Source of the DNA: Azolla caroliniana
Lineage: Eukaryota; Plantae; Polypodiophyta
Direction of reading: 5' to 3'
DNA: 64,000 nucleotides
Assembly (NCBI GenBank): GCA_043228905.1
Contig: JBHGNT010000004.1
Location: 13,888,001 to 13,952,000, forward strand
A program made the translations under genes and the position numbers. The notes under the pieces were generated by a model, which was given only the letters and a program-made list of their open reading frames with translations, did not search any database and was not told the origin of the DNA. Of the stretch, positions 24,250-37,598 are shown in pieces; the stretch's first letter is position 1; the number at the start of each line of letters is the position of its first letter.

Positions 24250-24730
24250 GGGAGTATGTTATGTACACATAACGTTGGTGAGGGTAGGTCACTAATATTT
24301 ACATTAGTGAAGGGTATGTTCACTATTATTAAAAAGGGGACTAATGATTGGATAGAATGAATGATATGTGCATGCACTATCATGATTTAGACAACCAATG
24401 AATAGAGAGCCTTTTAGAAAGGCACATCTATTCAAGGGGCCTTGGAAAAGGTATAAATATGAGGCTTAGCTACCCTCATAGGGATCATCACGTCGGAAGG
24501 CTGCTGTCGTAGACACCGGTGGTGCGGGCTAGGCTTTCGTCTCGACGATCGTGTTTATCTCTTCCAAGGTATTAGTCATCCTAATATCCGGCGGTATGGG
24601 ACGTCGGTGGTAGGTTGGCTATGTCTAGATCATAGCTCGGGGGTGGTCGGGTGGAACGGGTTCTTCTATCCAATCTATTTTCTTCCTTATTACTTGATTT
24701 GGTCTATTGATTAGTAATAGACTCTTAACA

Positions 24731-27700
24731 TTCATCGACATGAGCCTGTACAACAACTTCAATGAAGAGAGCAAGGCTCATGAGCTCTGGGAGAAGATCG
24801 GCATAATGTTTCAAAACAAAAATGCTGTTAATCAGGTGTCGGTATTCCGGAAGCTAGTAAGACTCCGGTACCAAGATGGCTCCAGCATGGCGGAGCATAT
24901 GAATGCCTTCCAGGGGCTAATACACCAGGCAACGTCATTGGAAGTACCTCTTGCCGATGAGGTACTAGCGTTACTCCTGCTTAGTTCCCTCCCGGATAGC
25001 TGGGAGACGTTGGTTGTCACTTTGGGCAACGCCGGGCCGGAAGGAAAACGGTTATCCCTAGCAAGAGTAAAGTCGAGCTTGCTAGATGAGGAGGTGCGTC
25101 GGAAAGACAAAGATACGAGCTCCGACTCCAAAGCGCTTCTTACCGAATCGGAGCGCGGAAGACATAGAAACCGTAGTTCCCAGAACCGGGAGAAGTCGGG
25201 GACACGGTCAAAGTCAAGGGGGAGGCCTACTTGCTTCTATTGCGGCAAGTCGGGACACTTCCAAAAGAACTATCGGCATTTCCGTAAAGACAAGGAAACT
25301 GACGGTACCGATTCGAAGCAAACCCCGGACCGGAACGGTAAGGACCGGAACAGTAAAGACCGGAGGGGGCCGGAACGGAAGGGAACGACGGCAATCGTGG
25401 CAAGTGAAGAGGAGTTGATGCTCATCACCGAAGAGAGTGAGATAAACCTTGCCGGTGACGAGATGACCTGGGTGGTAGTTCCACCTTACCCCGGACCAGA
25501 AATGCTTCGCATCCTACTCAGCCGGTGACCACGGCTGTGTCCGGATGGGAAATGAAGGTACATGCCGAATTGTCGGCATAGGAGACGTGTGGCTAACAAC
25601 ACCAACCGGATGCAAGTTGCTGCTGAAGGATGTCCGACACGTTCCGGAAGTTCGTCTGAACCTGATATCAGCCGGTCGGCTAGATGATGAAGGCTACACA
25701 GGTAGCATCCGGATTAGTGTCTTAAAGTTCAGCAAAGGGAGCCTGATTGTGGCTCAGGCCCGGAAGGTAAACACACTGTACCTGATGAATGCCCGGATAT
25801 GTCTGGAAGAAGTGAACGTGGCATCCGACACTGCCGGTGAGCTATGGCAGAAGAGGCTGTGTCATATGAGCGAGAAGGGGATGAAGAGGCTTGCAGACGA
25901 CAACCTCATTCCAGTGAAGAACGTGCACTTAGAGAAGTGCACTGATTGTCTGGCCAGTAAGCAGAACCGGACCTCCTTCCGACCAAGGCCACCGATGAGA
26001 CGTAATGCACCACTGGAGTTGGTGCATACAGATGTGTGTCAAGTAGACACGAAGTCACATGCCGGAGTGCAGTACTTCGTGACGTTCATAGATGACCACA
26101 GCCGGAAGCTGTGGGCCACACTGCTGAAGACGAAGGATCAGGTGTTATCCGTCTTCAAAGAGCTCCACGCGAGAGTGGAAAGAGAAACCGGCCGGAAGCT
26201 GAAGGCGGTTCGAGCAGATAACGGAGGAGAGTACCGGGGGCAGTTCGAGGAGTACTGCCGCTCGAAAGGAATCCGGCTCGAATTTACCGTGCCGAAGATG
26301 CCGGAACTAAACGAACTGGCCGAGAGGATGAACCGGACCATAATGGAGAGGGTCCGGAGTATGCTAGCGCATGCAAAACTACCCAAGAAGTTTTGGGCTG
26401 AGGCACTGTCGACGGCGACATACGTGATAAATAGATCACCCTCAGTACCCTTGGACGGAGACACACCACAGAGAGTGTGGAGCGGTAAGGAAGTATCCTA
26501 CCGGCATCTGAAGGTGTTCGGGTGTCTCGCGTACGTGCATGTAGCAAAGGACCGGAGAGGAAAGTTAGATCCAAAGACCCGGCCATGCATATTCCTCGGT
26601 TACGGTGACGATGAGTTCGGCTACCGAGTGTGGGACCCGGTCGACAAGAAGGTATTTCGGAGTCGAGATATTATCTTCATGGAGGACAAGACGCTCGCCG
26701 ACTGGGAGTCGGAGAAGAAGATAATGAACTCTGAGTCGACCGGTAAGGACAGACTCTACGATGAGCAGACCCAACCAGCAAGAGACCGGTTAGCACTCGA
26801 GGAACCAGCCGGTTACGGTGAGGATACCGAACCAGTAGAAGAAGTAGAGGAAGCTAAGACTGGAACCGGCCAAGACCCCGAATCAGATTCGGATGAAGAG
26901 CAAATGGAGGAGCCGGTTACCGAAGCCCGAAGGCGTAGATATCCTCTCAGAGAAAGAAGGGCCCCCCGGAGATTTCCAGATGCAGAGCATGTTCTGCTGA
27001 CCGATGAGGGGGAGCCGGAAAGCTTCGAAGAAGTGAAGGAAGACACCCACAGCCGAAGATGGTTAAGTGCCATGCAGGACGAGATGGATTCCCTGCATGA
27101 GAACCATACATACGAATTGGTGGAGTTGCCGAAAGGAAAGTTGGCACTCCGAAACAAGTGGGTGTACAAGTTGAAACCGGGAGATGCCGGCAACCCCCCG
27201 AGATACAAAGCCAGGATCGTGGTGAAGGGGTTCCAGCAGAAGAAGGGCGTGGACTTCGACGAGATATTTGCCCCGGTAGTAAAGATGACCTCCATCCGGA
27301 TGGTGCTGAGTATAGCAGCAAGCATGAACCTCGAGGTAGAGCAGTTGGACGTGAAGACGACATTCCTTCACGGCGACCTCGAAGAGGAGATCTACATGCA
27401 GCAACCGGAAGGATTTGTGGAGAAAGGGAAGGAGCCTGTACGGACTGAAGCAGGCTCCCTGGCAATGGTACCGGAAGTTCGACTCCTTCATGACCGATCT
27501 AGGGTACCACAAGACGCAGGCCGATCACTGCGTGTTTGTGAAGAAGTTCGAAGGAGGGGACTTCTTAATACTCCTCCTATATGTGGATGACATGTTGATC
27601 GTCAGACGTGACCAAGTCAAAATACGGATGCTGAAGAAGGCTCTCAACCGGACCTTCTCAATGAAAGACTTGGGTCTGGCAAGACAGATGCTGGGGATGC

Positions 27701-28557
27701 ACATCATTTGGGACTGGTCAAAGAAGCAATTATGCCTGTCACAAGAGAAGTATGTGACAAAGGTGCTTCACCGGTTCAACATGTCAGATGCGAAACCGGT
27801 CGGATCGACACTTCCGGCAAACTGCAAGCTTTCCGACAAGCAAAGCCCGAAGACGAAAGGAGAGAAGGCAGATATGATGAAGATTCCATATGCCTCTGCC
27901 GTCGGGAGCTTGATGTACGCAATGGTTTGTACCCGACCGGATATTGGATACACAGTCGGAGTGGTGAGCCGGTTTATGAGCAATCCCGGCAAGGATCACT
28001 GGAACGCGGTCAAATGGATACTCCGGTATTTGAAGGGCACTTCAAATATGTGTCTCCGATTCGGCTCCGGAAAACCTCAACTGGACGGTTTCACCGATTC
28101 GGACATGTCGGCTGATGTGGATACCAGCCGATCTACATCCGGGTATGTAATGACATATGCAGGGGGAGCTGTTTCGTGGCAGTCGAGGCTGCAGAAGACG
28201 GTTGCATTGTCAACCACGGAGGCGGAGTACATGGCGGTTGTGGAAGCCGGCAAGGAAATTTTATGGATGAAGGACTTCATCGGAGAGCTCGGTATACGGC
28301 AAGAGGAATACCGACTCTATTGCGACAGTCAAAGTGCCATCCACCTTGCTAAGAATGCGGCCTACCATTCCCGGACGAAGCATATCCAGCGGAGGTATCA
28401 CTGGATCCGGGAAAGAGTAGATGACCAGGAGTTCGCACTGACGAAGATCCACACGGCCGAGAACGGGTCAGATATGCTGACCAAAGTGCTGACACCCGAC
28501 AAGCTGGGCGCATGCCGGAAGAGGATCGGACTGGTAAGACACCCCATGCCGGAGTGA
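24731..28557 (+). pseudogene. Tork-like gag-pol (gag N-terminus at 17423-17619), with small deletions in PR and RT causing frameshifts
   Basis: Motifs CFYCGKSGH, LVHTDVC, RADNGGEY, YKARIVVKGFQQ, LYVDDM and SDMLTK. Confidence 0.93.
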
Positions 28558-28587
28558 AGGGGGAGTTTGTTGGGAGACAGGTCCCTC

Positions 28588-28785
28588 CGGATGGTGCAGG
28601 CCCGGTATGAACCGGATGAGGAGTACCCGGATACGGAGAGCCGGATGGTGCAGGCCCGGTATGAACCGGATGAGGAGTACCCGGCTACGGAGAGCCGGAT
28701 GGTGCAGGCCCGGTATGAACCGGATGAGGAGTACCCGGGTACGGAGAGCCGGATGGTGCGGGCCCGGTATGAACCGGAGGAAGAG
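28588..28785 (+). repeat. 54-bp tandem repeat in the Tork LTR (~4 units here, ~2 in the 5' LTR)
   Basis: Unit CCGGATGGTGCAGGCCCGGTATGAACCGGATGAGGAGTACCCGGCTACGGAGAG. Confidence 0.92.
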
Positions 28786-30180
28786 ACATATTCGTAAATA
28801 TGTTTCTGAGAGCCCATTGTGGCTATATTTGTAAATAGCCGAAAAGTCATATTAGTATAAATATGACTTAGGGCAAACTAATATGTAGATATAGTTATTA
28901 TTTTCTTTGTTGGTGCAAGAAGAAGATAGAGTGCGTAACTGTACAGAGAGAGAGAGAGACGAGGTCGTTGCCTCTGTTGTAACCGCCGCCTGTGGCGAAG
29001 ATCGTGAGCACGAGGTCGTTGCCTCTGTGAACTCACTGTTTTGTACATTCTTACATAGTGATAGTTTGCAGCCCGTGGGCTGCCGTGGTTTTTTCCCCTA
29101 GTTTGGGGTTTTCCACGTAAACCTCCTGTGTATCTTTCTCCTCTTTGTGTCGTGTTCTATTTCCCGTTTTCTGTGTATGAAAAGAGGCTCGGTTGTGGCC
29201 GAGCCTTGCGCATAAGGAACGTTGGGTTCCCGTCAGCTCGCTCTCGGCCATGCCGGAATTAGCATCGATCTTGGAATTACGATCGAGAGGGGTAGACACA
29301 GGTTTGCACTCCGTCATTCCGAACTTGTAGAGTAAGTTGAGAACGTAGTGCCGTTGTGATATCATTATTCCGACTAGTGTTCGAATTACTTCAATGCCTA
29401 GGAAGTAATGGAGCTCGTGCAGGTCTTTCATTTCGAATCTGCAGGAAAGAAGTGATTTGACCTTGTTAATCTCGGCTGGATCTTTTCCTCCGATGACCAA
29501 AATCATCCACGTAAAGGATGACGACTATTGGGCTATCCGACTCATTTCGGATGTACAGAGAAGTATCGGATTTTGACATTCGAAATCTGATCTGATGAAG
29601 ATATTGCTTGATCTTCGAGTGCCATGCACGTGGTGCTTGTTTGAGGCCATAAAGTGGTTTCTTAAGTCTACATACGTCGTGTGGATAGTTACGCGATTCA
29701 AATCTGGATGGTTGAATCACATACACTTCCTCTTCTAATTCTCCTTGGAGGAAGACGTTTTTCACGTCCATCTAGTGGAGGTGCCACCCATTCATTGCGG
29801 ACATGGCCATTACGGTCATCTTTGCCACCGGGGCAAAGGTCTCTTTGTAGTCTACGCCGTGGGTTTGTGCGTATCCTTTCGCAACAAGATGTGCTTTGAG
29901 GCGATTTACAAGGCCGTCGGCATTGTGTTTCACTTTGTAAATCCACCTGCAACCAATTGCTTTCTTGTTCAAAGGGTGAGGAACGAGATCCCAGGTCTCG
30001 TTTTTGCATAACGTTATTGTGAAGTACGAAAGCTTCACATTAAAAGTCTACAAAAAGATAAATACGTAACTAAAATAAAATATATCTTGATAATGTTTTA
30101 TAAAGGTAATATTACAAGCACACTATGATAATATTATACATTATATGTAGAGGCAAATAAAAATATATATATTATATTAC

Positions 30181-30252
30181 ACAGACAAGAGAGAACTTGA
30201 ACCAATAACCCCCACCTTATGACTCTAAAACCTTACCATTTACCCTATAATT
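30181..30252 (-). other. tRNA(Met)-like module 1 in the P1 5' LTR (copy at 35070-35136)
   Basis: rc: A-box TAGGGTAAATGG, loop GTCATAA (CAT), B-box-like GGTTCAAGTTC. Spacing 44. Confidence 0.65.
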
Positions 30253-30360
30253 GTACTATCTATAAAACTATACATGTCTTATTTTATTTGAAGTAATATT
30301 GTATGGTTTAAATACTAAACCATATAATGTACTACATGTGCATCATATATTGTATTACAT

Positions 30361-30430
30361 GGGCGAGAGATGACTTGAACCAACAACCTCCACATTATGA
30401 ACCTCAAAGCCTACCATTTAGCTAATATTC
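30361..30430 (-). other. tRNA(Met)-like module 2 in the P1 5' LTR (copy at 35239-35308)
   Basis: rc: A-box TAGCTAAATGG (30424-30414), loop TTCATAA (CAT), B-box GGTTCAAGTC from 30381. Spacing 43. Confidence 0.72.
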
Positions 30431-31191
30431 ATTATATGTGTAAAAGAAAATGTGTTGTTTTATTTGAAGTAGCATTATATAGTCTAAATCAGGTAATGTA
30501 CTACATGTGCACCATATAGCACACATGCAAGTGCCCCTATTTGCATTTGTGACATATGGCCCACATGCAAAACCATCCCCTTCTTATAAAAGGAGAAGGG
30601 AGTATAGTCACAAAGATGGCAAGGAATCATTCAATCATATTGAATAGAATTATTGTATGGAATTGAGTGAAATTATATTGTAAGAGATATCATAATAGAG
30701 AAAGAGGGAGAGAAGGTAAAATCTATATACAATCTTCAAAAGACAAGAGAAGAACTAGCTGGGCGGCGGCAGTGCTCAACTCGCAACGAAAAGGCGAAGG
30801 TTAGAGTCTTATCCTCATCGAAAGATAGAAGAGAAGATTGTGGTCTACTATCAAGAAAGAGAAGAGCGACAACCTTGTGAGACAAAGTTTGACGGTTCAA
30901 CGACGCTCGCAACCATTTTGTAACTCTTTCATGAAATAATTATAATTTTCTTACATTCCCTCAATTACCATTTTACATCCTATCTTGTCATATGTTGTTG
31001 ATCATTATTTATCTATTTCTACTCTTTCGTCTATTCCGTCCAAAATCCCAGAGATTCCTTCCTCACTTTCACGTTATCTTCTATCTACCCAACGCTACAC
31101 TTCTAGGTGAGCCACGCCACGACACAATTTGGTGAACCCGACATGAAACGGGGAAGTAGAAGAGACATCTAAAGTAAAGATCAACATCAAC

Positions 31192-34100
31192 ATGGCAAGT
31201 ACGAGTACAATGGATCCGGTAAGGTTGTTTATTGAAAAGTTGAATCAAGATCGATTATTTCATGCCTTACGAGAGAAGTCTGAGAGAAGATTGGTATGTT
31301 TGATGGCACAAATATTTCGAAGTATGTGAATATATATTATGATGAAATGGAAATCTTTGGCATGAATGATGTCAATATGATAGAATTTTTTTATAAATTG
31401 TGGACATGGAATTAAGAGATAGAAGTCATGAAATACAAACATTGCATAGTTTGGATTGGAATGCATTCAAAGAAGCACTTGTGTGTGAATATGCTCGTGA
31501 GGATTTCTCTCGCGTTACTATGTGTTCATTCCATGAATGGATCTTAAAAGAATGCAAGAGGAACTTGAAAAAGAATGCTAATTTGTTTCAATAGGCATTG
31601 AAGGATAATGGAGTACTTGAAATGGAAGAGCACATTGAAAGTGTTATGGAAGAAATTTCTTTTGCAAATACTATAGAAGAGTTAGAAATGTATTTGAAAG
31701 AAGATGATGAGAGTGTTAGAAAGATACATGTAAACTCAATTGATATGTATTATAAAATTGATAGGTATAATTGTAAATATGAAGAAGTAGAAAGTTTATG
31801 TAATACAAAATACAAAACAATAGATAAAAAGGTCAAACTTGTTGCAGTACCATTACCTATTGGTAGTGAAGAGAAGATGGAGGCAACAGCAACCGAGCCT
31901 ATGCTTCGACCAATAGAGAAGATCGAACATCACTTCACTTTGGAGACAATAAATAACTTGAGAATCGGAGGGGGTAAATTTCTTCTGCAATTAGAGATCT
32001 CGACTTTCAAAGAAATGATCTTTAGGCTTGGGAAAGTGTTCGCATTCAAACCTGAGGAGATTGGTTGTGTAGATCCAAAGGTGGTGACGCCAATCATAAT
32101 ATTTACTATCCCTCATATTCCTTGGAATTTTAAATCTATTGCAGTATCGAGAGCTCGATTACCTCAATTGTTGGAGTTGCTAAGGGATAAAGTCAAGATG
32201 AAGATTTTAGAGCCTTCAAATACACCATACTCTAATAGATGGTTCACAGTTCCAAAGAAAGATGGTTCTCTAAGATTCATTCAAGATCTACAACCAATCA
32301 ACAAAATCACAATCCGAAATGCAGGAATTGGACTGGTCGTTGATGAATTTGCAAAAGCTTTTGCTAGAAGAGTGATTTACTCTGTGGGAGACCTATATTC
32401 AGGATACGACCAATTTCAACTAGCAATTGATAGTCGCAATATCACAACAATGAAAACACCAATTGGGTTGGTTCGAATGTGCACTCTACCTCAAGGTCTG
32501 ACAAATTCAGTTGCTCATATGATGAATGCAATGAACAAAGGTCTACATGAATACATCCCAAAGGTAACTATGCCTTTTTTAGATGATATTCCTATTAAAG
32601 GATGCTTAGAAAGAGAGAAAAATGACACTATGGTTGGAAATGGTTGTAGAAAGTTTGTGATGGATCATATTAATAATTGTGGAAGTATTTTAAATAAGCT
32701 TGAGCAGATACATTTGACACTATCAGGAGCAAAGTCAAGCTTTGGGTAGAACGAAGTTCTGATAGTTGGTCATATGTGTGGGTTGTATGGGAGGAAGCCA
32801 TCACCGATCAAAATTAACGCAATACAAAATATGAAGGAGGTTTGTGAATCGGTAACAGAGGTGAGAAGATTGTTAGGTGCATGTGTGTTTTATCATATTT
32901 GGTTACCACACTTTGCACATGTATTAGATCCTCTTTAACAACTTTTAAGAAAAGGGAGGAAGTTTATTTGGAATGATGAACATACACAAGTTGTTCAACA
33001 ATTGAAAGACGCATTATTGAAGGCTCCAGTTCTTCGTCAACTAGACTATAAAGGTGAAAGCCCAATGATAGTGACAGTTGATACTAGCTCAATTGGGATC
33101 GGTTGGGTTATCAACCAAGAAGATGAAGACCAACATCGATATGCTATCAGATTTGGAGCAAAGATATTAAATGAAAGACAAAGAAACTATGCAAAAGTTA
33201 AACGAGAATTGTGGGGTTTGCTTACTGCATTAAAAAACAGATAGAGATTACTTGATCGGAGCAGATGTAGTGGTTGAAACAAATTGTATGCCACTCATCG
33301 GAATGATAGCAAGTTGCACCACACCAGATATTGCAATGCTTCAGTGGATTGCATACATCAGAACCATGATCCCAGAATTACGACATATAAAGGGCAAAGA
33401 GAACCAAGTCGCAGATATGTTGTCAAGAGCAAGGTTCATAAATGAAAGGGTGATGCAAGCTGAAGATAAGAATTGGGCAACTATAAACCATCAAGTTGCT
33501 CATCAAGTATCCATTAAGCCTCATAATGAGTTTAATGTAAGCATAATGTTCAAAGACACGGAACGGAGTATGAAGGTTAGTGGTTGGAAATAGGAAATTT
33601 TCTAAAGACTCAAGAAGCCAACCCATCATGGTCGAAGAAGTAATTAAATGAATTTCGAAGACAGACATTCAAGTATTTTTTACATGAAGGGCATTTATGG
33701 AGGCGTCCAAAAAGGCCAATCGAAAATCCTCTTCGAGTCATTTGTAAGGATGAGATTAAGAGAAAATTAATTATTGAATTCCATGATAGTTTGTGGGCAG
33801 GACATAGATGCATATGGGCGACATTTATGAAGTTGAAAGAAAAGTATTGGTGGCCACATATGTATAAAGATGTAACGAAATTTGTGGAAACCTGTGAGGT
33901 CTGCCAGAGGTAGTCAACTATTCGGTATCGAGATGGGCTAAAACCAACATATTCATCATCAATGCATTATAAATGGATGGTCGATCTAGTGACAATGCCA
34001 CTTGGGGAAGGTCAAATGCGATATTTAGTACTAGCAAGAGAAGACCTTGCAAACCAAGTAGAAGGAAGACCACTACAACAAAAAACAACCAGAATTGTAT

Positions 34101-34820
34101 GTAAATTTTTATTAGAAGATGTAATATGTTGTTATAGGTGTGTTGGTAAAATAATTGCAGATAGAGGAGAACTTGATTCTGATGAAGCTAGACAATTCTT
34201 CAATCGGATAGGGGTCAAGTTATCACTTACAAGTACTTATAATCCAAAAGGCAATGGAAAGATTGAAAGAGGACATAGCCCAATAGTTAAGGCGATCATG
34301 TTGTAAAGGTAGAATAAGAGATTGGCCACGCATGCTACCTTATGAACTATGGGCAGATCAGACAACACATAGTTCGGTAACAGGATATATGCCAACTGAA
34401 CTAATACTTGGCCAAAAGCCCATCAATTATGTCATGGACATCTATTCCATGGAGAGAAGAGCTAAGCAAAGAAGAATTGCTTGCTTTGTGAATTCAACAA
34501 CTAGAGCGTCAGCCTGAAGATGTAGAATTAGCAGCCCAACGATTGAAGGACGCTTGACTAAAGAATAAAATTCATTTTGATAAAAATCACAGAATTCGAC
34601 ATAAGAAGATAGAAGAAGGGGATTGGGTGCTTGTGTATGATAGCAGTTTAGATAATCAACATAGCACCATCCGCAAATTCGCTGAAACATGGTTTGGGCC
34701 TTACATAGTAAGAAAAGTATATGATAACTTTACTTATAAACTTAGTGAATTGGTGGGACACTAATCCTAAACATGGTAGCTGGACAGAGGATAAAAGTAT
34801 TTAAGATAAGGTTTGAGCTA
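31192..34820 (+). pseudogene. P1 gag-pol remnant (RT, RH, INT), much of gag/PR deleted
   Basis: Motifs YSNRWFTVPKKDGSLRFIQDLQ, PFLDD, VTVDTS..GIGW, WMVDLV..ADRGE and NGKIERGH. Confidence 0.88.
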
Positions 34821-37194
34821 TAACCTCCTCCAATAGATCAACATGACAATGAAAGAAAGTGGCACATGCCAGAGGATGTGGAGGTCTAGAGGGGGTGGAT
34901 GTCGTGAAGTACGAAAGCTTCACATTAAAAGTCTACAAAAGGATAAATACATAACTAAAATAAAATATATTTTGATAATGTTTTATAAAGGTAATATTAA
35001 AAACACACTATGATAATATTATAGGCATTATATGTAGAGGCAAATAAAAATATATGTATTATATTACATGGACAAGAGAGAACTTGAACCAATAACCCCC
35101 ACCTTATGACTCTAAAACCTTACCATTTACCCTATAATTGTAGTATCTATAAAACTATACATGTCTTATTTTATTTGAAGTAATATTGTATGGTTTAAAT
35201 ACTAAACCATATAATGTACAACATATTTTGTATTACATGGGCGAGAGAAGACTTGAACCAACAACCTCCACATTATGAACCTCAAATCCTACCATTTAAC
35301 CAATACTCATTATATGTATAAAGAAAAATGTGTTATTTTATTTGAAGTAGCATTATATAGTCTAAATCAGGTAATGTACTACATGTGCACCATATAGCAC
35401 ACATGCAAGTGCCCCTATTTGCATTTGTGACATATGGCCCACATGCAAAACCATCCCCTTCTTATAAAAGGAGAAGGGAGTATAGTCACAAAGATGGCAA
35501 GGAATCATTCAATCATATTGAATAGAATTATTGTATGGAATTGAGCGAAATTATATTGTAAGAGATATCATAATAGAGAAAGAGGGAGAGAAGGTAAAAT
35601 CTATATACAATCTTCAAAAGACAAGAGAAGAACTAGCTTGGCGGCGGCAGTGCTCAACTCGCAACGAAAAGGCGAAGGTTCGAGTCTTATCCTCATCGAA
35701 AGATAGAAGGGAAGATTGTGGTCTACTATCAAGAAAAAGAAGAGCGACAACCTTGTGAGACAAAGTTTGACGGTTCAACGACGCTCGCAACGATTTTGTA
35801 ACTCTTTCATGAAATAATTATAATTCTTTTACATTCCCTCAATTATCATTTTACATCCTATCTTGTCATATGTTGATCACTATTTATCTATTTCTACTCT
35901 TTCGTCTATTCCGTCCAAAATCCCGGCGATTCCTTCCTCACTTTCATGTTATCTTCTGTCTACGCAACGCTACGCTTCTAGGTGAGCGACGCGACGACAA
36001 CGCTTCCATTTCCTCGTTCATCGCATCGACCCATCGTGGATCCTGTATGACTTCTAAAAGCGTCTCTGGTTCTCGTACTAATGATACCTTCATTATGAAC
36101 GCGTGATGATACGCCATGTACTCGTCATAGCCGAAACGGCTAACGAGGTTTTTTTCACGGGTGGACCGGCGTAGCTCTGCATCCGTGGGGACTATTGCTT
36201 TCGTCGTTCCATTTGTGTGAGTGTTGAGACCTTCAAATTCACTATCGAGAGAGTGAAGCACCTCAGTCTCTTCCTGATCTTCATATTCCCATGTTTTCGC
36301 CTTCCCTTTGTCCAGCTTCATACTCGGCTGAGATGTGCTTTGATCGCTTGACGGCTCTGATGGCCCATTTAGCCATGACGAGATTGGGTTGTCTTCAAAC
36401 ATCTGCGTGAGCCGATCCTTAGCTTCTATTTCTATTTCGGCGTGATCCGCATCGAGCGGAGTTGGAGTTGAAGTATTCTCTGGTGCGTACCAGGATGTGT
36501 ATTCGTCGAAGACTACGTCTCGGCTTGTTCGAGCTTTCCGGTTAGATGGGTCGTAGCATTTGTACCCCTTTTGTTCGAGTGAGTATCCTACGAGGATACA
36601 TTTCTCTGACTTTATATCGAGCTTTTGTCGCTTATCATCGGGAATGTGTACGTACGCGATTGCGCTGAAAATACGAAGGTGTGATAAGTCCGGCTTCTTT
36701 CCAAAGAACTTCTCATGCGGGGTTATGTCGTGTACTCCCGAGGTTGTGCACCTGTTCATGAGGTATATGGCCGTGTTCGCCACTTCTCCGCAGTACGATT
36801 TCGGTAGATTCTTCTCATTCATCATAGCCCAAGCGACTTCTACTATGTGCTGGTTTTTACGCTCAGCTACGCCGTTCTGCTGAGGTGTGTGACGACATGA
36901 GAATTCTCGTCGAATTCCTTCCTTTCAGAGATACGCCGTAAACTCATCTGAAAAGTATTCTTTGCCTCCATCTGATCGAAGGCAGCGTACATGCCGACCG
37001 GTAGCTTTTTCAACTTCAGCTTTGAACCTCTACAAGTGTCCCAACATTTCTCTCTTCTGATGTACAACATCCAAGATCCCTTTGCTCACATTCCGCTCTT
37101 TCAGGAATGGATGTCGGCGTTGCATTCCGAACTGGCACGCTGTCATGATAACACTCACATCATGCATCGAAAGGATCATGACACTCACATTATG

Positions 37195-37262
37195 ACTCGA
37201 AAGGATTTGAACCCAGGACCTTGTTGTACACATGTCAAATCCTTAACCATTCTTATAGGTAT
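37195..37262 (-). other. tRNA-like Pol III module in the Tcn1-B LTR (better preserved copy at 60460-60527)
   Basis: rc B-box GGTTCAAATCC (37213-37203). In the 3' LTR, A-box TAATAGAATGG starts at 60522 and the B-box at 60478 (44 nt). Confidence 0.68.
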
Positions 37263-37319
37263 AGTTTTTAGAATATGAAATCTAATATCATCTGAATATT
37301 CTATATTACTCTACATTTT

Positions 37320-37452
37320 AGAATGACCTAGAATATTCTAGAGTGTTCTATACCACTAGAACCTTCTAGAATACTCTAGAGATCTTCTAGATTACTCTAC
37401 ATTCTAGGATAACCTAGAATATTCTAGAGTGTTCTCTATTACTTATAAATAG
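37320..37452 (+). promoter_or_regulatory. HSE array plus TATA box in the Tcn1-B LTR (copy at ~60597-60728)
   Basis: Repeated CTAGAATATTCTAG and a perfect AGAACCTTCTAGAA (nGAAnnTTCnnGAAn). TATAAATA at 37445. Confidence 0.7.
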
Positions 37453-37562
37453 GGGTCTACCACTCATCCCAAACCTAAATTGGTTCAATGCCATTTTGTA
37501 GCCTACTCTTTGTAATCCATTTTACTCTTCAATATAGTAATTCTCTTTCAATTCTCTTTCTA

Positions 37563-37594
<32 letters not shown>

Positions 37595-37598
37595 GACA

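Larger units (their letters stand above)
17620..24730 (+). mobile_element. Met-primed Gypsy chromovirus, young and near intact
   Basis: 474-bp LTRs 17620-18093 and 24257-24730 with about 3 visible differences. TSD TTCAT, PBS TGGTATCAGAGC 18095-18106, PPT ~24248-24256. Confidence 0.96.
16832..29235 (+). mobile_element. Tork/Tnt1-like Copia, full length, with a Gypsy inserted in gag
   Basis: LTRs 16832-17393 and 28568-29235. TSD GCTCG at 16827-16831 and 29236-29240. PBS TGGTATCAGAGC 17396-17407, PPT ~28556-28565. Confidence 0.95.
30015..35999 (+). mobile_element. Trp-primed non-chromovirus Gypsy P1 (Phygy-like), degenerate
   Basis: ~1.1-kb LTRs 30015-31124 and 34900-35999 (TGTCG..CGACA). PBS TGGTGAACCCGACATGAA 31130-31147 is complementary to the plant tRNA-Trp 3' end. 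4-bp TSD ACGT/ACGC, PPT 34888-34899. Confidence 0.9.

Noticed and set aside
28588-28785. Hammerhead ribozyme or CRISPR-like array in the LTR tandem repeats
   Set aside because: CCGGATGAG is not the CTGATGA core and there is no properly placed GAAA. The units are head to tail without unique spacers.
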